DNA of 64,000 nt, from positions 5,766,001 through 5,830,000 of the forward strand of contig OU015566.1 in the NCBI GenBank assembly GCA_907165135.1, in the 5' to 3' direction. The notes beneath the pieces were generated by a model, which saw nothing but the letters and a program-made list of their open reading frames with translations, was not told the origin of the DNA and ran no database searches. This document shows positions 60,701-64,000 of this stretch, piece after piece. A program made the position numbers and the translations under genes. The DNA comes from Oikopleura dioica. Its lineage: Eukaryota > Animalia > Chordata. The stretch's first letter is position 1, and the number at the start of each line of letters is the position of its first letter.

Positions 60701-63240
60701 GTTCAAGTTGTAATCAGGCGCGTAGAAGTAGCATTTGTCAGATCTCCCAGTAGGAGAGCTACAAAAGATCAAAAGTCATATGATTAAATATTATATCTTC
60801 CGAATTTTGACTCTTTACAAATGACAAGAACATCAAAAATCTTCCTGTCTTTGTCTTTTAGGCGTATCTCAATTCGATGAGGTCCAATTGAAGATCCAAA
60901 ATGAAAAACGAAAAATCCCCTGATAAAATTCAAAAAGTTACTTGTCGGAATTTTAACAATACAAGGCTTACATTCCGCGTTTTTTATTTGGGATGAAAAT
61001 TGTCGGTTCACCTGTTTCTTTGACCATCATCAGATTACCAATTACATCGACCAAATAGTGCTCACCATTGAGAAAAACTGCGCCGGTGGACTTTCCCGTT
61101 TTAAAAATAATTTTAATGATCAAAAATGAAATCGATAAAACGTGCATAAGGGAGAAATGACGCGGAAGAATTAACTCTAACCTCATCGTTCTCTGTCTTT
61201 GTCAGATCAGAAAGAAAAAGTGGAGATTTTTTTATTGTGCTTATTTGTCCCTGTCGATTTTTCCATCGAGGAGTGATAAGCTCAACAGATAGATTATCAT
61301 CTGTAATATTGCCTTATAAGAAAAATTACTCCTCAGGGTGTCAATTAACTTATATACCTCTGATTTCATCAACGTCAACCTTTTTTGATTGATCTATCTT
61401 GAAGATAGGAAACATTTTTTGATTTGACTCCAACTTCTCGCACTGATAGTAAGGACAAGGACATCCAGTTTTGCAGTATTTCTCAGTCGGGCAAAGTTCT
61501 CCCGCCGAGTTTTGAGATCTCGTCAATTCGAAGCATATAGACTCACAGGGCGACGTTGGGGCTGTTTTCGTTATTCCCAAAACAAGTGTATTTGAGCAAA
61601 GATGTCGGCATATTTTTGTATTGTAAAATTTTTTCTTCTGACAGCGGCGGAAATTTACTTTATTCTCTTCTGAAGAGAACACAAGAGGTGCAGATTTCAT
61701 TTGGTCGATAAAAGAAACTGGCTCCGGAATAATGAATTCTTGAGTTTCGTAGCATTGCTTCATCAAATGACCGCAGTAATCCATTGATTCGATCATAACG
61801 CATTTTTTGTAGCTTCGGTGACAGGTAGAAGTCAGGAAAGTTGTAACGCCTCTTGATTTCTCCAAAGAAACAATATTTGCTAAGATGAATGCTTATGATT
61901 ATCAGAATAACTAGTTTCTGTGAAAAAAAAATCGCAAAATTATAAAATAAAATTATTACTTCTTCCTCGAACGTTATTCGTAATTTATTACTTATGATAA
62001 GATAAAAGGCATTTGTTCATTACCTAGGAGCATAACTAGGTAAACTTGATGAAAAATGAGCTCTTTTTAGAGCTTATAAATCAGGGAGTATAATACAGTT
62101 TTAGAATCCTCAGAAGCTGGGGATCATTTTGACTATTGACACTTTGGGGTTTTGCTCATGCCCGGAGGGGTTTTAGGCCTTCCAAAGTCCCAAAATTTGA
62201 CCAATCTCGGTTAGAGGCTCATAACTTTCCTTCTCCCCACTTCTGGAGCAAGCCCACTGTATGAGCTTGTAGAGGAGGCTCTGCCGGTTCAGAAAATGTA
62301 TAGAAAACCACCGGACACCCCCCATTCTAGAGGCTCTAGAAGGTCTGGAAGTTTGGGAAGTCACAGGAAAATCAGTACTTTTTTACGAAAATAGAGTAAA
62401 AGTTCAATATTTTCATCGGACATTGTTAGAAAAACGTTTTTACTGACTTTCTGACGCACAAAATTTACTCTGGGTTCATTTGAGGTCACGTGGGGTCATA
62501 TTGTGAGAAAAAATTGAATTTCGTAAAAACTCACCCCAAAACGACCCCAAACTAAATTTTGTGCGACATAAAGTCAGTAAATACGTTTTCTTACGATTTC
62601 CGATGAAAATATTGCACTTTGACTCTATTTCCGTAAAATAGTACTGATTTTCCGTTGACTTCTTCAACTTCCGGGCCCTCCAGAGCCTCTAGAATGGGGG
62701 GTGTCCGGTGGTTTTTTATACATTTTCTGAACCGTCAGAGCCTCCTCTACAAGCTCATATAGTGAGCTTTCTCTAGAAGTGGGGAGAAGAAAAGTTATGA
62801 GCCTCTAACCGAGATTGGCCAAATTTTGGGACTTTCGAAGGCCTAAAACCCCTCAGGGCATGAGCAAAACCCCAAAGTGTCAATAGTCAAAATGATCCCC
62901 AGCTTCTGAGGATTCTAAAACTGTATTATACTCCCTGATTTATAAGCTCTAAAAAGAGCTCATTTTTCATCAAGTTTACCTAAGCATAACAGTTATCCAA
63001 AAAAGTGAACCTAATGTAAGGTAAGTGCGCTGTTGAATATCTGTGGCAAATCCGTGCTCAGTTAAGCTCAATTTCTCGGTGATTTTTTTCTTCATGGTTT
63101 TCTTTTTTAAATCGTGCTTTTGCGTATGAATACTGCGAGTAGAAAGAACTTCTTCGGTAAATAAATATACTTTTCCTTCTTTCTGCTTGAGAATGCCAAT
63201 ACAGTGGCAATCGAGACACTTTTTTAACGTTAAAATAAAG
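57785..63240 (-). CDS. Cys-rich plus kelch-like protein, paralog B of 30306-34539
   Basis: ORFs 61350, 60968, 60428, 59942, 59623, 58922 and 58154 are collinear with paralog A (e.g. CHRSYKKC, CPTEKYCKTGCPCPYYQC, KCYFYAPDYNLNRFEEAQGFIAS). Exon ~63030-63240 (CLDCHCIG..STRSIHTQ) matches 30501-30705. C-terminus YPAVILSPLNNCKS*. Confidence 0.7.
62037..62982. mobile_element. Foldback-type non-autonomous hAT element
   Basis: ~430-bp inverted arms beginning taggtaaacttgatg / catcaagtttaccta; 8-bp TSD agcataac at 62029-62036 and 62983-62990; ~90-bp spacer. Confidence 0.92.
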
Positions 63241-64000
63241 CTCGATCAATACACTTGAACCTGAATCTTTGGCTGTGATATATTTTGGCCATTTTTTCCG
63301 TTGTCTTCTTCAATTATCATTGTTTCTCTCAAAAAGAAACGACTTTGGTAGGGCAAAGTTTACTTCAATCAAGTTCGTTGCCGCCTTTCACATTTAAAAG
63401 CTGTCACTATTGTTCTGCTTTGATGGTCGACGAAATGCCATGCGGACTAAGTTTTCAAGTTTTTCGCGGTTTCAAGTGCTTTTCAATATGGTATTGTTTA
63501 TGATCCTAACGTGCAGGAAGACCGCTTCGAAACTGATAGTTAAGTGGCACAATAGTCAAAGGAAGCATGAAGAACTTCTACTACTTCATTGAAGAAGAAC
63601 GAGAGCTCTTGTATCATTACCGCCTCTTCTTAATAGTCTGAGCGGCTATAGAATAGATTCATCGCCACAAGCAAAATCCTGTGTTTGGGTTAATACCGTG
63701 TAGGCTAAAAAGTGCGTTGGCGAAATGCGTGGTAGCTTCAAAATCCTGGATCCTGAAAACGGATCTTTCGCGAAATCGACGATTGCTGAAAAATGAAGTT
63801 TTTGAAAATCAAAAGACCGCCAACTGAAGACGAATTTCAAGGAATGTTTCAAAAGAGAATATTTCCTCAATTTATTTACTTTTCGAAACGTTTAAAAGCT
63901 CTCTTACCTTCAGGAACAATTGAATCCCCACAATTGGTGACTTTCCAAGGGTCCAAGCTCAACAGTAAAAATTTCTTTTTGTTGGCTCGTGTTGGCTATA

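Noticed and set aside
63300-64000. Possible minus-strand exons at the window end
   Set aside because: Truncated by the window edge, with no consistent frame or recognisable domain.

Overview
Compact, AT-rich eukaryotic genomic DNA. Tightly packed genes, many 35-65 nt introns (several apparently GA-, GC- or GG-AG), interstitial TTAGGG/CCCTAA motifs and lineage-type secreted protein families make a larvacean tunicate (Oikopleura-like) the most likely source; this is inference. Gene models were assembled by hand across introns, so exon edges are approximate. Recognisable genes: a single-domain voltage-sensor channel; a mucin-like secreted protein; a Gla plus C-type-lectin fusion; several other C-type lectins, two of them forming a 5-kb palindrome; a divergent 14-3-3; a cadherin-ectodomain RET-like receptor with a dead kinase; an ALK4/5/7-type TGF-beta type I receptor; two paralogous Cys-rich/kelch-like genes; a ~1800-aa secreted protein with 8 tandem modules; a non-slicing divergent Argonaute; a divergent FGF; and an EGF-TM protein. 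Mobile DNA: three non-autonomous hAT-type elements with exact 8-bp TSDs (one carrying an intron-containing cargo gene), several MITEs, and a Penelope-like 3' fragment with a minimal hammerhead ribozyme. I found no rRNA, tRNA or CRISPR array.
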